NCBI GenBank assembly: GCA_040905425.1
Contig: JBBDRO010000059.1
Coordinates: 1-12,513, forward strand
Direction of reading: 5' to 3'
Source: Gemmatimonadota bacterium
Lineage (GTDB): Bacteria; Gemmatimonadota; Gemmatimonadetes; Longimicrobiales; RSA9
DNA: 12,513 nucleotides
Within the stretch, counting starts at the first letter, position 1, and each line of letters opens with the position of its first letter. The notes under the pieces are model-generated. The model worked only from the letters and a program-made list of their open reading frames with translations. It was not told the origin of the DNA and did no database searches. The position numbers and the translations under genes were made by a program. Shown here piece after piece: positions 1 through 8,189 of the stretch.

Positions 1-51
1 ATGACGCTCTACCGGATCGAGCGCCAGGAGGAGGTGGGCATGGACGGCTAG
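1..51 (+). CDS. Probable 3' end of an upstream CDS (partial; ...MTLYRIERQEEVGMDG*)
   Basis: Frame 1 is open from the window edge to TAG at 49-51 with GC-ending codons. TLYRIER resembles the C-terminal strand of the propeller lipoprotein at 3017-4303 (VRLYALEKRV). Too short to identify. Confidence 0.4.
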   Translation: MTLYRIERQEEVGMDG

Positions 52-190
52 CCCCGCCGCGCGCCAGCGGCGTGGACGGGGCCGGATGGGGAGGTAGCTC
101 GGCGTCAGCGCGCTCCGTATGTCGTTCGCGGCAGTGAGGACGAATGGATTGGCGACCGCTCAGCACGATCCCGTCCAGCCCATGACGGTG

Positions 191-235
191 CCAAACAACC
201 GAGCCCCGCCCCGCCAAGACGCGGAGCGGGGCTCG
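191..235 (-). terminator. Rho-independent terminator downstream of the peptidase gene
   Basis: 15-bp stem 200-214 / 221-235 (CGAGCCCCGCCCCGC / GCGGAGCGGGGCTCG). The single mismatch is a G:U pair on the minus strand. 6-nt loop, followed on the minus strand by GTTGTTT. Lies about 100 bp past the stop at 336. Confidence 0.7.
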
Positions 236-335
236 CTCGTGACCCGCCGCCAGGCGGGCTGCCGGCGCCCCCGGACCCGGTCTCCGCCGCGCGCCGGCGG
301 CGCGGGCGGAGCCGGACGGGGGACGTCGCTTACAA

Positions 336-2786
336 CTACTGCCTGATCTCGGCGTCGGCCCGGTAGTAGTCCCCGAGCAGATGCTCGGCGAAGTACTCCT
401 GGAGCATGCGCTGGAAGTAGTCCTGCATGTCCCCGAAGCCGTGCGCCTTGCCGGGCATGATGAAGAGGTCGAAGCGCTTGTTGGCGTCGATGAGCGCCTT
501 GGCCAGCCGGATGGTGCCGGCGGGGTGCACGTTGTTGTCCATGTCACCGTGCACCAGCAGGAGCTTGCCCTTGAGGTTCTCGGCCAGCTCGTGGTTGGCC
601 GGGACGTGGATCTCGAAGGTGATCTCCTCCTCCTGCTCCTGCTCCTGGTCGCTGTCCGCGCCGTCAGCCACGTCCCGGTCCACCTTCTTGCGGACCTCCT
701 TCAGGCCGTGGTGCTGCTCGGACCAGTTCTGGTTGTAGACGTTGTTGTCATGGTTGCCGGCCGAGCTCACGCCCACCTTGAAGAAGTCATTGTAGGGCGG
801 CTGCAGGAGCGCCGCGGCCGTCATGAAGCCGCCGCCGGAGTGGCCGTAGATGCCCACCCGGTCGATGTCGATGAAGTGGTGGCGCGCGGCCAGCTGCTCG
901 ATGCCCGCCTTCTTATCGGCCAGGCCGTAGTCGCGCAGGTTGTAGTAGCCGTAGCTGTGGTAGGCGTTCGAGCGCCGCGGGCTGCCGCCCCGGTTGCCCA
1001 CCTGGATCACGATGAAGCCCAGCTGCGCCAGTTGCTGCCGCGAGTCCGTGGGTGAGAAGCTGGTGTTCACGCTCTCGGTCTGGGGACCCGGGTAGACGTA
1101 GGCGATGATGGGATACTTCTTGGACGGATCGAAGTCGAACGGCTTCCACATGTTGCCGTAGAGGTCCGTGATCCCGTCGGCGGCCTTCACCGAGAACGGC
1201 TCGGGCGGCGTCCAGCCGATCTCCTCGAGCGGCGCCGGATCGAAGGCCTCAAGGTCCATGATCTTGTTGCCGTTGCGGGCGTCGCGGAGCACCGCCACGC
1301 TCGGCACGTCGGGCTGCGAGTAGGAGTCAACCGCATACTTGAAGGACGGCGACAGCGACGTGCGGTGATCCCCCACGCCATTGTCCAGCAGCGTCAGCTG
1401 CGAGCCGTCCGCCTCCACCCGGTAGAGGTGGCTGAAGTAGGGGTTCTCACCCGGCTCCCGGCCCACGCCGCGGAAGAAGACGGTGTGGTTGATCGTGTCC
1501 ATGTCGGCAATGCCGTCCACGCGCCACGGTCCGGAGGTCAGCGCGCGCTTGTACTGGCCGTCGTGGCTGTACAGGTAGAGATGCCCCCAGCCGGTACGCT
1601 CGGACCACCACACCATGTCACCGCCGCGCTCCACGTACTGCACGCCGTTGCGCTCCAGGTGCGCGTCCTCCACGGACTCCTCGATGAGCGTCTTCACGCC
1701 CAGCGTGGCCAGATCCACCTCCAGGAGCTGGAGGTTGCGCTGCAGCCGGTCGCGCACCTGCATGCGCAGGCGCGAGGAATCGTGGATCCAGTGCATGTCC
1801 GTCTCGCGCTGGTCCTTGTACTTCTTGATGGGCAGCTCCGTGAGCTCGGTGTCACCGGCCTTCCAGGCGAAGACCTGCGTCTGCGTGACGTTCTCCTCAC
1901 CCGGCATGGAGTAGCTGTACTCCACCAGCTCCGGCCGGGGCTCGGCCAGCACGTTCACCAGATAGAGCTTGCCCACCTCGCGGGAGTCACTCCGCGAGAC
2001 ATAGAACGCCTCCCCATCGGGCGCCCAGTTCACACGGGCGCGGACGCGGGGATCGCGCGACCGATCGTTGTCATCCTCGTCGTCCTCCTCGTCCTCGTCA
2101 TCCTGCTGCTGCTGGCGCCGCACCTCGGTGGTGTCCCGGTTGCCGAAGGAGAAGTCTTCCTCCCCATCGGTCGTGAGCTGCGTGGTGTCCCCGGTGGCCA
2201 CGTTCACCACGAAGAGCTGATGCTCGCGCGCGAAGGCAAAGCGGGTGGAGTCGGGCGAGAAGTTCTTGAAGGCGTTCTCCTCCTCCTCTTCCTCCTCCTC
2301 CTCGGGCACCTCGGAGAGCGTCTGCGTCTTCATGTCGTAGCGGTACTCCTGCCGCTCCACCCGAAAGGTGAAGCTCGTACCGTCTTCCTCATCGTCGAAG
2401 TTCACCGAGTTGAAGGGCATGTCGTTCCACTCGTAGGGCTTCTTGGAGAGCATGGAGAGGTCCGCGGCCAGCTTCACGTGATCGAAGAGCGGCGTCCTGG
2501 CGCGATTCTTCGGTACCAGCAGCATGAAGCGCTTGCCCTCCGGGTCGCGCCACTGGTACCAGGCGGAGTCCGTGTCCGCGATCCAGCGGGCGCTCACGTT
2601 CGTGCTGGACACGATCGGGCGCAGGTTGTCACTGCTGAAGCGGGTGGCCAGCTCCCAGTTGGCGGTGTTGGGGGCGCGCTGGGCGGACGCAGGCACGGCC
2701 GCGGCAGCCAGCAGGACCAGGATGGCGGCCAGCCTGGCGGCCAGACGGATGGGCCGGATACGGCCCGGGGACGGGATCAGGGACAT
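336..2786 (-). CDS. Secreted S9B-family (dipeptidyl peptidase IV-like) serine peptidase: DPPIV N-terminal propeller plus alpha/beta-hydrolase domain, about 816 aa
   Basis: Signal peptide (RLAARLAAILVLLAAAAVPASA). Motifs KKYPIIAYVYPGPQ, nucleophile elbow GIYGHSGGGF, LLLVHGDMDNNVH (catalytic Asp) and PGKAHGF (catalytic His). Start chosen at ATG 2786 with GAGG upstream, rather than the ORF-track start at 2822. Confidence 0.93.
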   Translation of the reverse strand: MSLIPSPGRIRPIRLAARLAAILVLLAAAAVPASAQRAPNTANWELATRFSSDNLRPIVSSTNVSARWIADTDSAWYQWRDPEGKRFMLLVPKNRARTPLFDHVKLAADLSMLSKKPYEWNDMPFNSVNFDDEEDGTSFTFRVERQEYRYDMKTQTLSEVPEEEEEEEEENAFKNFSPDSTRFAFAREHQLFVVNVATGDTTQLTTDGEEDFSFGNRDTTEVRRQQQQDDEDEEDDEDDNDRSRDPRVRARVNWAPDGEAFYVSRSDSREVGKLYLVNVLAEPRPELVEYSYSMPGEENVTQTQVFAWKAGDTELTELPIKKYKDQRETDMHWIHDSSRLRMQVRDRLQRNLQLLEVDLATLGVKTLIEESVEDAHLERNGVQYVERGGDMVWWSERTGWGHLYLYSHDGQYKRALTSGPWRVDGIADMDTINHTVFFRGVGREPGENPYFSHLYRVEADGSQLTLLDNGVGDHRTSLSPSFKYAVDSYSQPDVPSVAVLRDARNGNKIMDLEAFDPAPLEEIGWTPPEPFSVKAADGITDLYGNMWKPFDFDPSKKYPIIAYVYPGPQTESVNTSFSPTDSRQQLAQLGFIVIQVGNRGGSPRRSNAYHSYGYYNLRDYGLADKKAGIEQLAARHHFIDIDRVGIYGHSGGGFMTAAALLQPPYNDFFKVGVSSAGNHDNNVYNQNWSEQHHGLKEVRKKVDRDVADGADSDQEQEQEEEITFEIHVPANHELAENLKGKLLLVHGDMDNNVHPAGTIRLAKALIDANKRFDLFIMPGKAHGFGDMQDYFQRMLQEYFAEHLLGDYYRADAEIRQ

Positions 2787-2933
2787 GGTCAGCCTCGCGG
2801 GTGTGTGACGACCCTGGCGCACCCTGGCACCGGGGCGTGGATTGTATGCCGGAGGGAATACAGGGTCTCAAGTTAGGACCATTGGATTCTGAGGTAAAGG
2901 CGCATGAGGGGACGCTTGTGTTGGCGGGAAGGG

Positions 2934-2963
2934 TTGACGAGGCCGGACGGCCGGACCTATCAG
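2934..2963 (+). promoter_or_regulatory. Candidate sigma70 promoter for the 3017 gene
   Basis: TTGACG (2934-2939), 18 bp, TATCAG (2958-2963), about 55 bp upstream of the GGAGG RBS and ATG at 3017. Confidence 0.4.
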
Positions 2964-3016
2964 TAGGCATTCCAAAGGCTAGCCACCGCCGCACCTTCCT
3001 CCTCCACGGAGGCCCC

Positions 3017-4303
3017 ATGCGCATGCAGTTCATGGCTCCGCTCACGGCCGCCCTGCTGACCCTCAGCGCCTGCGGGGCGGGAGATAATGCCTCCTCCTCC
3101 GCGCAGGTGAGCGCCTACGACAGCGCGGGCATCCGGATCGTCGAGACCGCCGCGCCGGCCTGGAGCGAACCCGGACAGGGGTGGCGCCTTGCCGCGGAGC
3201 CCACCCTGCAAATCGGCGTGGTTTCGGGCGAGCCGGAGTACCAGTTCGACCGCATCATGGGCACCGTGCGTTTCGACGACGGCACGATCGCGGTGGGCAC
3301 CATGGGCTCGGGCTCCATCCGGTACTACGACGCTGAGGGCAACTTCCTGCACGAGGCGGGGCGGTCGGGGGAGGGACCGGGGGAGTTCCGGCAGTTGATG
3401 GGCATCGGGCACATGGCGGGGGACACACTGTTCGCCGACAATTCCCACGAGGGCATCCTGCTCTTCGACCTGAGTGGCGAGTATCTGGGTGCGATCACCG
3501 CCGGCCGGACCATTATCGAAGAAGGCTTCGTCTGGCCAGCCGGATGGCTGGCCGACGGCACCGCCGTGGGGCTAACCACTCCTCAGGGTCCACCGGAGGG
3601 CTCGGTGGGGCAGGTGGTGGATTCGGCCAATGTTGTGATCTTCGACGGGGAGGAGTACGGCCCCGTGGTGATGAAGCTTCCGTCCACGGTCTGGGGGGAC
3701 GGCGCCGACCCGCGCCGTATGAGGCTGGAGTTCGGCCCCGGACCCGGAATGGCTTTCCACGGACAGCGTTTCTTGTACAGCTTCTCGCGGGACCCGGAGG
3801 TGTTCGTCTTCGAGGTGCGCACCTCCCCGGAGACCGGCATGCTCGTGCCCGAGATGAGGTCCATCCTGCGCCGGACCGCCTGGCAGCCGGATCCGGTCAC
3901 GCCCGAGCACGTAGAGGCTTTCGAAACACAGTACGTCGAGGGTGCCGTGGGTGAGGACGGATCGGGCAACAACGAGCGCCTCCAGCAGCTCCGACGCAAC
4001 AACCTCGAGCGCATGACCTTTGCCGACCACTTCCCCGCCCACGGCCGCATGCTCGTGGATCGCGCGGGCGGTCTGTGGCTGGAGCGCTACGCGCCGCGCC
4101 GCACCGATGGTGGCTGGAACGCCACCCGTGCCGAGCCCACAATCTGGGAGGCCTACGACCCGGACGGCGCCTGGCTGGGGCCTGTGGCCTTCCCGCCGGA
4201 CTTCTTCCCCTTCGAGATCGGTGAGGACTACGTGCTCGGCCTGTGGCGGGACGAGATGGACGTGGAGTACGTGCGGCTGTACGCGTTGGAGAAGAGAGTG
4301 TGA
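3017..4303 (+). CDS. Lipoprotein, 6-bladed beta-propeller (NHL/TolB-like) family, 428 aa
   Basis: RBS GGAGG at 3008-3012. Lipoprotein signal MRMQFMAPLTAALLTLSA-C. Family-typical motifs DSAGIRIVE, GRSGEGPGEF, MLVDRAGGLW, YDPDGAWLG and C-terminal RDEMDVEYVRLYAL. Confidence 0.8.
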   Translation: MRMQFMAPLTAALLTLSACGAGDNASSSAQVSAYDSAGIRIVETAAPAWSEPGQGWRLAAEPTLQIGVVSGEPEYQFDRIMGTVRFDDGTIAVGTMGSGSIRYYDAEGNFLHEAGRSGEGPGEFRQLMGIGHMAGDTLFADNSHEGILLFDLSGEYLGAITAGRTIIEEGFVWPAGWLADGTAVGLTTPQGPPEGSVGQVVDSANVVIFDGEEYGPVVMKLPSTVWGDGADPRRMRLEFGPGPGMAFHGQRFLYSFSRDPEVFVFEVRTSPETGMLVPEMRSILRRTAWQPDPVTPEHVEAFETQYVEGAVGEDGSGNNERLQQLRRNNLERMTFADHFPAHGRMLVDRAGGLWLERYAPRRTDGGWNATRAEPTIWEAYDPDGAWLGPVAFPPDFFPFEIGEDYVLGLWRDEMDVEYVRLYALEKRV

Positions 4304-4421
4304 GGTGGCGCAACTCCGGGAGGTGATAGCGACCGCCCAACCCGGATGCGCGCTATTTGCGTTTCCCGCTCCGGTCCAGACAAAATCCCCACGTGCGACC
4401 ACCTTCGAAAGGATCCTCCGG

Positions 4422-5201
4422 ATGCCAAGGAAGCTGCCGTTGACCGTGCGCCGGGCACTCGCGGCCGTGCTCAGCCCCTTCCACGTCCGGATCCGATCCG
4501 GCCCCAATCAGGGCGCCCGCTGGAGCCTGGCGGCGGCCGGCCGCCACGCGGCGGGCTCATTTGAAGCGGAGCGGATGCAGCTTCTGCGTGTGCTCGTGCG
4601 GGAGGGCAATGTCTTTTGGGACGTTGGCGCACACCATGGCTACGTGACCCTGCTTGCCAGCGGCCTGGTCGGCCAGGACGGTCGCGTGTACTCCTTCGAA
4701 CCCTCTGGCTACAATCACTATTTTCTGCAACGCCACGTGGCCATGAATCGGCTATGCAATGTGGAGGTTCGAAAGGTCGGCCTCGGAGCGCGCAATGAGG
4801 TCGTGAGCTTCGGAGGGGGCGCGTCGTCCCAAGCGCTGCACGTGGGGGGTGGACGCGAGCGGGTGTCGCTGACCACGATCCCGGACCTGCTACGAGCGGG
4901 CGTGCCAGCCCCCGATGTGCTCAAGGTGGACGTCGAAGGTTCCGAGGCGGACATCCTCGAGGCCGGCGCACAACATCTGCCCGGCCATTGCATCGCGGTG
5001 ATCGCGCTGCACCACCGTGAAGCCCGCGACCGCTCGATCGCGGCCCTCGTGGCGGCCGGCTTCGAGGTGATCGAGAGCAATAAAGCCCGCTACTGGGCCC
5101 AGCACGAACGCTGGGGGGAAGACCCCGACATCGTGGCGCTGGGGCAGGACCGTCGCGATCTCGCCGACAAGATCCGTCGACTGCCGGCCTTCTCCGGCTG
5201 A
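4422..5201 (+). CDS. FkbM-family SAM-dependent methyltransferase, 259 aa
   Basis: Motifs FWDVGAHHGY, VYSFEP and LKVDVEGSE. Start moved to ATG 4422 (AAGGA upstream) because the ORF-track start at 4020 overlaps the previous gene. Confidence 0.88.
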   Translation: MPRKLPLTVRRALAAVLSPFHVRIRSGPNQGARWSLAAAGRHAAGSFEAERMQLLRVLVREGNVFWDVGAHHGYVTLLASGLVGQDGRVYSFEPSGYNHYFLQRHVAMNRLCNVEVRKVGLGARNEVVSFGGGASSQALHVGGGRERVSLTTIPDLLRAGVPAPDVLKVDVEGSEADILEAGAQHLPGHCIAVIALHHREARDRSIAALVAAGFEVIESNKARYWAQHERWGEDPDIVALGQDRRDLADKIRRLPAFSG

Positions 5202-5238
5202 ACCGCTCGGGTTGGTGCGGGGAGGAGTACCTGGCGAC

Positions 5239-5325
5239 GTCACCACGCTCAGGTCCCCCACGGAGTTCGGCCATCAGCGCACCCTGGGCGGCGTGATCCT
5301 CCGGATGGCTTCCGGCGCGCTCTAC
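5239..5325 (+). pseudogene. Decayed fragment homologous to the 5' end of the ABC ATPase gene at 9897
   Basis: Ungapped manual alignment of 5239-5325 with 9921-10007 gives 69/87 identical nt. Translations are VTTLRSPTEFGHQRTLGGVILRMASGALY versus VTTHGLRKEFGHQRALDGVNLRVAPGAAY. Homology stops before Walker A. Confidence 0.8.
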
Positions 5326-5783
5326 GCTCCCGCCTCCGCCAGCTCCGACGTGCAGTGCGGGCAGCGGCGCGCCTTGATGGGGATGACCGTGGCGCAGAAG
5401 GGGCAGGTGGTCTCCGTGGGGGAGGCGGGCGCCTCTGCTTCCTTGCGCTTCATGGCGTTGATGGTGCGCACGATCAGGAACACCGCCGCCGCAACAATGA
5501 GGAAGCTCACGAGGCTGTTGATGAAGAGGCCGTAGTTCAGCGTGACGGCGCCCACGGCCTGCGCCGCCTCCAGCGTCAGGTAGGGCCCCGGCTCGGTGCC
5601 CGGCTGGAGGACCAGGAACATGTCCTTGAACTCCACACCCTTGAGCAGCAGCCCGACGGGAGGCATGAGAACATTGGAGACCATGGATGCCACCACGGTG
5701 CCGAAGGCCGCGCCCACCGCGATGCCCACCGCCATGTCCACCACGTTGCCGCGCGCAATGAATTCCCGGAATTCCTTGAACAT
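5322..5783 (-). CDS. mscL: Large-conductance mechanosensitive channel MscL with C-terminal zinc-ribbon-like extension, 153 aa
   Basis: MFKEFREFIARGNVVDMAVGIAVGAAFG and LNYGLFINSLVSFLIVAAAVFLIVR are canonical MscL S1/TM1/TM2 segments. GGAG RBS precedes ATG 5783. C-terminus CPFC...CPHC. Confidence 0.95.
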   Translation of the reverse strand: MFKEFREFIARGNVVDMAVGIAVGAAFGTVVASMVSNVLMPPVGLLLKGVEFKDMFLVLQPGTEPGPYLTLEAAQAVGAVTLNYGLFINSLVSFLIVAAAVFLIVRTINAMKRKEAEAPASPTETTCPFCATVIPIKARRCPHCTSELAEAGA

Positions 5784-5877
5784 GTGTGCTCCCTGGCGTG
5801 GGGCTGCGTGCCGCCCGGCAGGATCGGACGGCGGGCGTGTATGCTGGAACGAGGAGTGGAGGTGGGCAAGGGGGTGC

Positions 5878-6918
5878 GTGCTGGTGGCGATCAGCGCGCT
5901 TCTGGCGGCCTGCGCCGGGGACGCTCCCCGCACCGCCGAGCTCACGTTCCCTCCTCGCGACTCCGGCCAGGTGAACGCCGAGCCGGCGTGTGCCGACTGC
6001 ACGATCGCCTTCGACACGGTGGTCACGCTGGGTGCGGACAGCGACCCCGGCGGCATCAGCGAGCGTGCCTCCGTGGTCTGGGCCGTGGACAGCCGCGGCC
6101 GCTACTTCGTGCCGGTAGGGCGTGGCGAGGTCTTCATCTACGGCCCCGACGCCGCCTTCCAGCGTAGTCTGGCGCCCGCCGGTCCGGGCCCCGGTGAGCT
6201 GCCGGTGGGCCGGTCCCACGTGACCATCGGCCCCGCGGACACGGTGCGCGTGGTCTCGCAGTACCCCCATCCGGGCCGCATCCACGTCTTCGGACCCGAC
6301 CTGGCTTTTGTGCGGAGCGCCGCGCTGGACCCGGGCGTGGCTGGTCCGATCACCACCGCCTACCACGCAGCGAGCGATCGGTTCGTGTTCCCCGAAACCA
6401 GCGCGGCGCAGGCGAGCGTCAGCATCGTGGCCTCCGACGGCAGCCTGGCGGCCGCGTTCGATCCGCACGTGGAAGCCACGCCGCGGCGTGCACCGCACAG
6501 GCCCGTGGTGGCGCCGGACGGCACCATCTGGACCGTGCACGGCGATCTCTGGGGGATCGACGCATGGAGCCCGGACGGCCAGCTGCAGCGCACCTTTCGC
6601 GGGGCGATGCCATGGGCGGACGGGGAGCGGAACGGGCTCTCCGGCATGAGCTTCGATGACCAGGGCCATGCCTTCCTGCACGGCGCCGTCCGCAACATCG
6701 TCATGCTACCGGGCGGCGCCGGCATCGACATGGAGAACTCGTCCGTGCACGCCGTGGTGGAGGCCATGGACCTGGCCTCCGGCACCCTGCTGGCGCGAAC
6801 CACGTTCGAGGAGGGAATCAGCGGCGCCCCGTTCGGACCACTGCCGTGGCGCTTCGTGGAGTCGCCATCGGGCAACATCCGCCTGCAGGTTCTGCGACCG
6901 CGACTGGTGCGGAACTGA
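5878..6918 (+). CDS. Lipoprotein, 6-bladed beta-propeller family with N-terminal CxxC, about 346 aa (start uncertain)
   Basis: Lipobox LLAA-C. Motifs CADCTIAFDTVVTLG, AVDSRGRYFV, GPGPGEL and APDGTIW. GTG 5878 follows AAGGGG, but the signal peptide would lack a basic N-region, so the start is uncertain. Confidence 0.75.
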   Translation: MLVAISALLAACAGDAPRTAELTFPPRDSGQVNAEPACADCTIAFDTVVTLGADSDPGGISERASVVWAVDSRGRYFVPVGRGEVFIYGPDAAFQRSLAPAGPGPGELPVGRSHVTIGPADTVRVVSQYPHPGRIHVFGPDLAFVRSAALDPGVAGPITTAYHAASDRFVFPETSAAQASVSIVASDGSLAAAFDPHVEATPRRAPHRPVVAPDGTIWTVHGDLWGIDAWSPDGQLQRTFRGAMPWADGERNGLSGMSFDDQGHAFLHGAVRNIVMLPGGAGIDMENSSVHAVVEAMDLASGTLLARTTFEEGISGAPFGPLPWRFVESPSGNIRLQVLRPRLVRN

Positions 6919-6951
6919 GAGGCCTGTAGCAGGCTGGGAACGGGATGCTTC

Positions 6952-6980
6952 TTGACGTGGTATCCTGCTGGCGTTACTGT
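6952..6980 (+). promoter_or_regulatory. Sigma70-type promoter for the 7030-9371 operon
   Basis: TTGACG (6952-6957), exactly 17 bp, TACTGT (6975-6980). The -10 box overlaps the palindromic operator. Confidence 0.7.
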
Positions 6981-7000
6981 GCTAGCTAGCTAGCTCACTG
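6978..7000 (+). promoter_or_regulatory. Putative GntR/YtrA operator, copy 1 (TGTGCTAGCTAGCTAGCTCACTG)
   Basis: 20-bp palindrome 6978-6997 with 18/20 symmetric positions. The 23-mer is identical to 9420-9442, directly upstream of the GntR gene. Confidence 0.8.
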
Positions 7001-7029
7001 TCCCACGCGCTAACGAATTCGGAGGATAG

Positions 7030-8187
7030 GTGCGGGTTTCTGGTCACTCACAACGCGACCGCGCGAATCAGCCTCGGCAACGGCAGCGCAAACCGCTCCG
7101 GGAGCGGGAAAAGGCTGTGGCGGGATGGTGCGCGGTGCTCGCCGTGGTAAGTGCACTGGCCTGCGCGGACGATGCCCCCCCGCTCTCCGCCGTCGACTCG
7201 GCCGCGTGCGAAACATGTAGCATCACCCTCGAACCTGTTGCAGTGCTCGGGTCCCGCGAGGATACGATCTGGCCCACCCAGTATTCCACCCTGACGCAGA
7301 CACGAAGCGGCAATTTCATCATGGGCGCCCTGGACCACCCGGTCACCCACGGAATCTACGACGGCGCGGGCACGCTGCTTCGCACGTTTGGTCGCTATGG
7401 GATGGGGCCCGGGGAATACAGTTCTCCCATGACGAGATGGATGCGAGGGCCCGGAGATTCCGTTGGCGTGGTAGACCAAATGAGTGGCAGGTGGACGCTC
7501 GTCGATGATTCTGGCGGGGTGGTACGAACGCAGGAACTCACCTCGTCCACTTTCCATCAGATGGTATGGCTCGGGGACGGGCGCCGGGTCATGGTCGCTG
7601 ACATTCAGTCTCCCGATCTGGTCGGGAAACCTCTGCATGTCCTGGATGAGGACGCAAAAATCGTGACGTCGTTTGGGGAAACGGGCAACTATTCGAATGA
7701 GCTGGACGGCTGGCGGTTCATAGCTCCATCCAGCGCCGGTGGCGTCTGGGTGGCCCTCTACAACCGGTACCGGATTGAACACTACGATGCCGACCTGACC
7801 GTCACGAGAGTCCTGGAGTTCGAGCCGGACTGGTTCCTTCCGTGGGACCACACGCCGATGCCAGGCGAACAATTCCCTCCTGCCATGGCCGGGCTATGGG
7901 AGGACGATGGCCTCCTGTGGGTTCTCGTAAGCACACCCGATCGCAGGTGGGACCCGGCCGCAGCAAATATTCGTCCGGAGACGCGCCGGGAGCGTGATCT
8001 CACGTTCGAAAGGGATGCAGTCTTCGAAGTGATCGAACTCGAGTCTGGCAGTGTGGTGGCTCATCAACGATTTGACGAATACGTACTGAAGATTGAAGGC
8101 GTGGATCTGCTGTATTCGAAAGCCAAGCGACCGGTCGTTGGCGGATACGAGGTTACGGTGTTTTCTCCCACTCTCCACAGGAGGTGA
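7030..8187 (+). CDS. Lipoprotein, 6-bladed beta-propeller family with N-terminal CxxC, 385 aa
   Basis: RBS GGAGG at 7021-7025, GTG start, long basic N-region, then lipobox ALA-C. Motifs CETCSITLEPVAVLG, GRYGMGPGEY, GPGDSVGVVD, GGVWV and EDDGLLWV. Confidence 0.8.
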   Translation: MRVSGHSQRDRANQPRQRQRKPLREREKAVAGWCAVLAVVSALACADDAPPLSAVDSAACETCSITLEPVAVLGSREDTIWPTQYSTLTQTRSGNFIMGALDHPVTHGIYDGAGTLLRTFGRYGMGPGEYSSPMTRWMRGPGDSVGVVDQMSGRWTLVDDSGGVVRTQELTSSTFHQMVWLGDGRRVMVADIQSPDLVGKPLHVLDEDAKIVTSFGETGNYSNELDGWRFIAPSSAGGVWVALYNRYRIEHYDADLTVTRVLEFEPDWFLPWDHTPMPGEQFPPAMAGLWEDDGLLWVLVSTPDRRWDPAAANIRPETRRERDLTFERDAVFEVIELESGSVVAHQRFDEYVLKIEGVDLLYSKAKRPVVGGYEVTVFSPTLHRR

Positions 8188-8189
8188 AA

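Noticed and set aside
119..346. 75-aa plus-strand ORF
   Set aside because: Low-complexity Arg/Gly/Pro sequence that spans the terminator hairpin and overlaps the peptidase stop, with no motif.
381..2876. Long plus-strand ORFs 381-1055 and 1365-2876
   Set aside because: Antisense shadows of the well-supported peptidase gene, typical of high-GC codon bias, with no recognisable motifs.
2811..2956. Short tandem repeats ACCCTGGCGC/ACCCTGGCAC (2811-2830) and GGCCGGAC x2 (2941-2956)
   Set aside because: Two-unit GC-rich repeats are plausible by chance and have no independent support.
2801..3016. N-terminal extensions given by the ORF track (also 4020-4421, 5596-5877, 5784-6056, 10682-10852)
   Set aside because: They overlap neighbouring genes or promoters. 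Downstream starts fit RBS positions and signal peptides or family N-termini better.
5212..5535. 107-aa plus-strand ORF as a functional ABC protein
   Set aside because: Only about 29 codons are ABC-like and there is no Walker A. The rest is antisense to mscL. Treated as a pseudogene fragment.
4921..6681. 586-aa minus-strand ORF
   Set aside because: Arg/Gly/Ala-rich shadow frame overlapping fkbM, mscL (different frame) and the propeller gene, with no domain signal.
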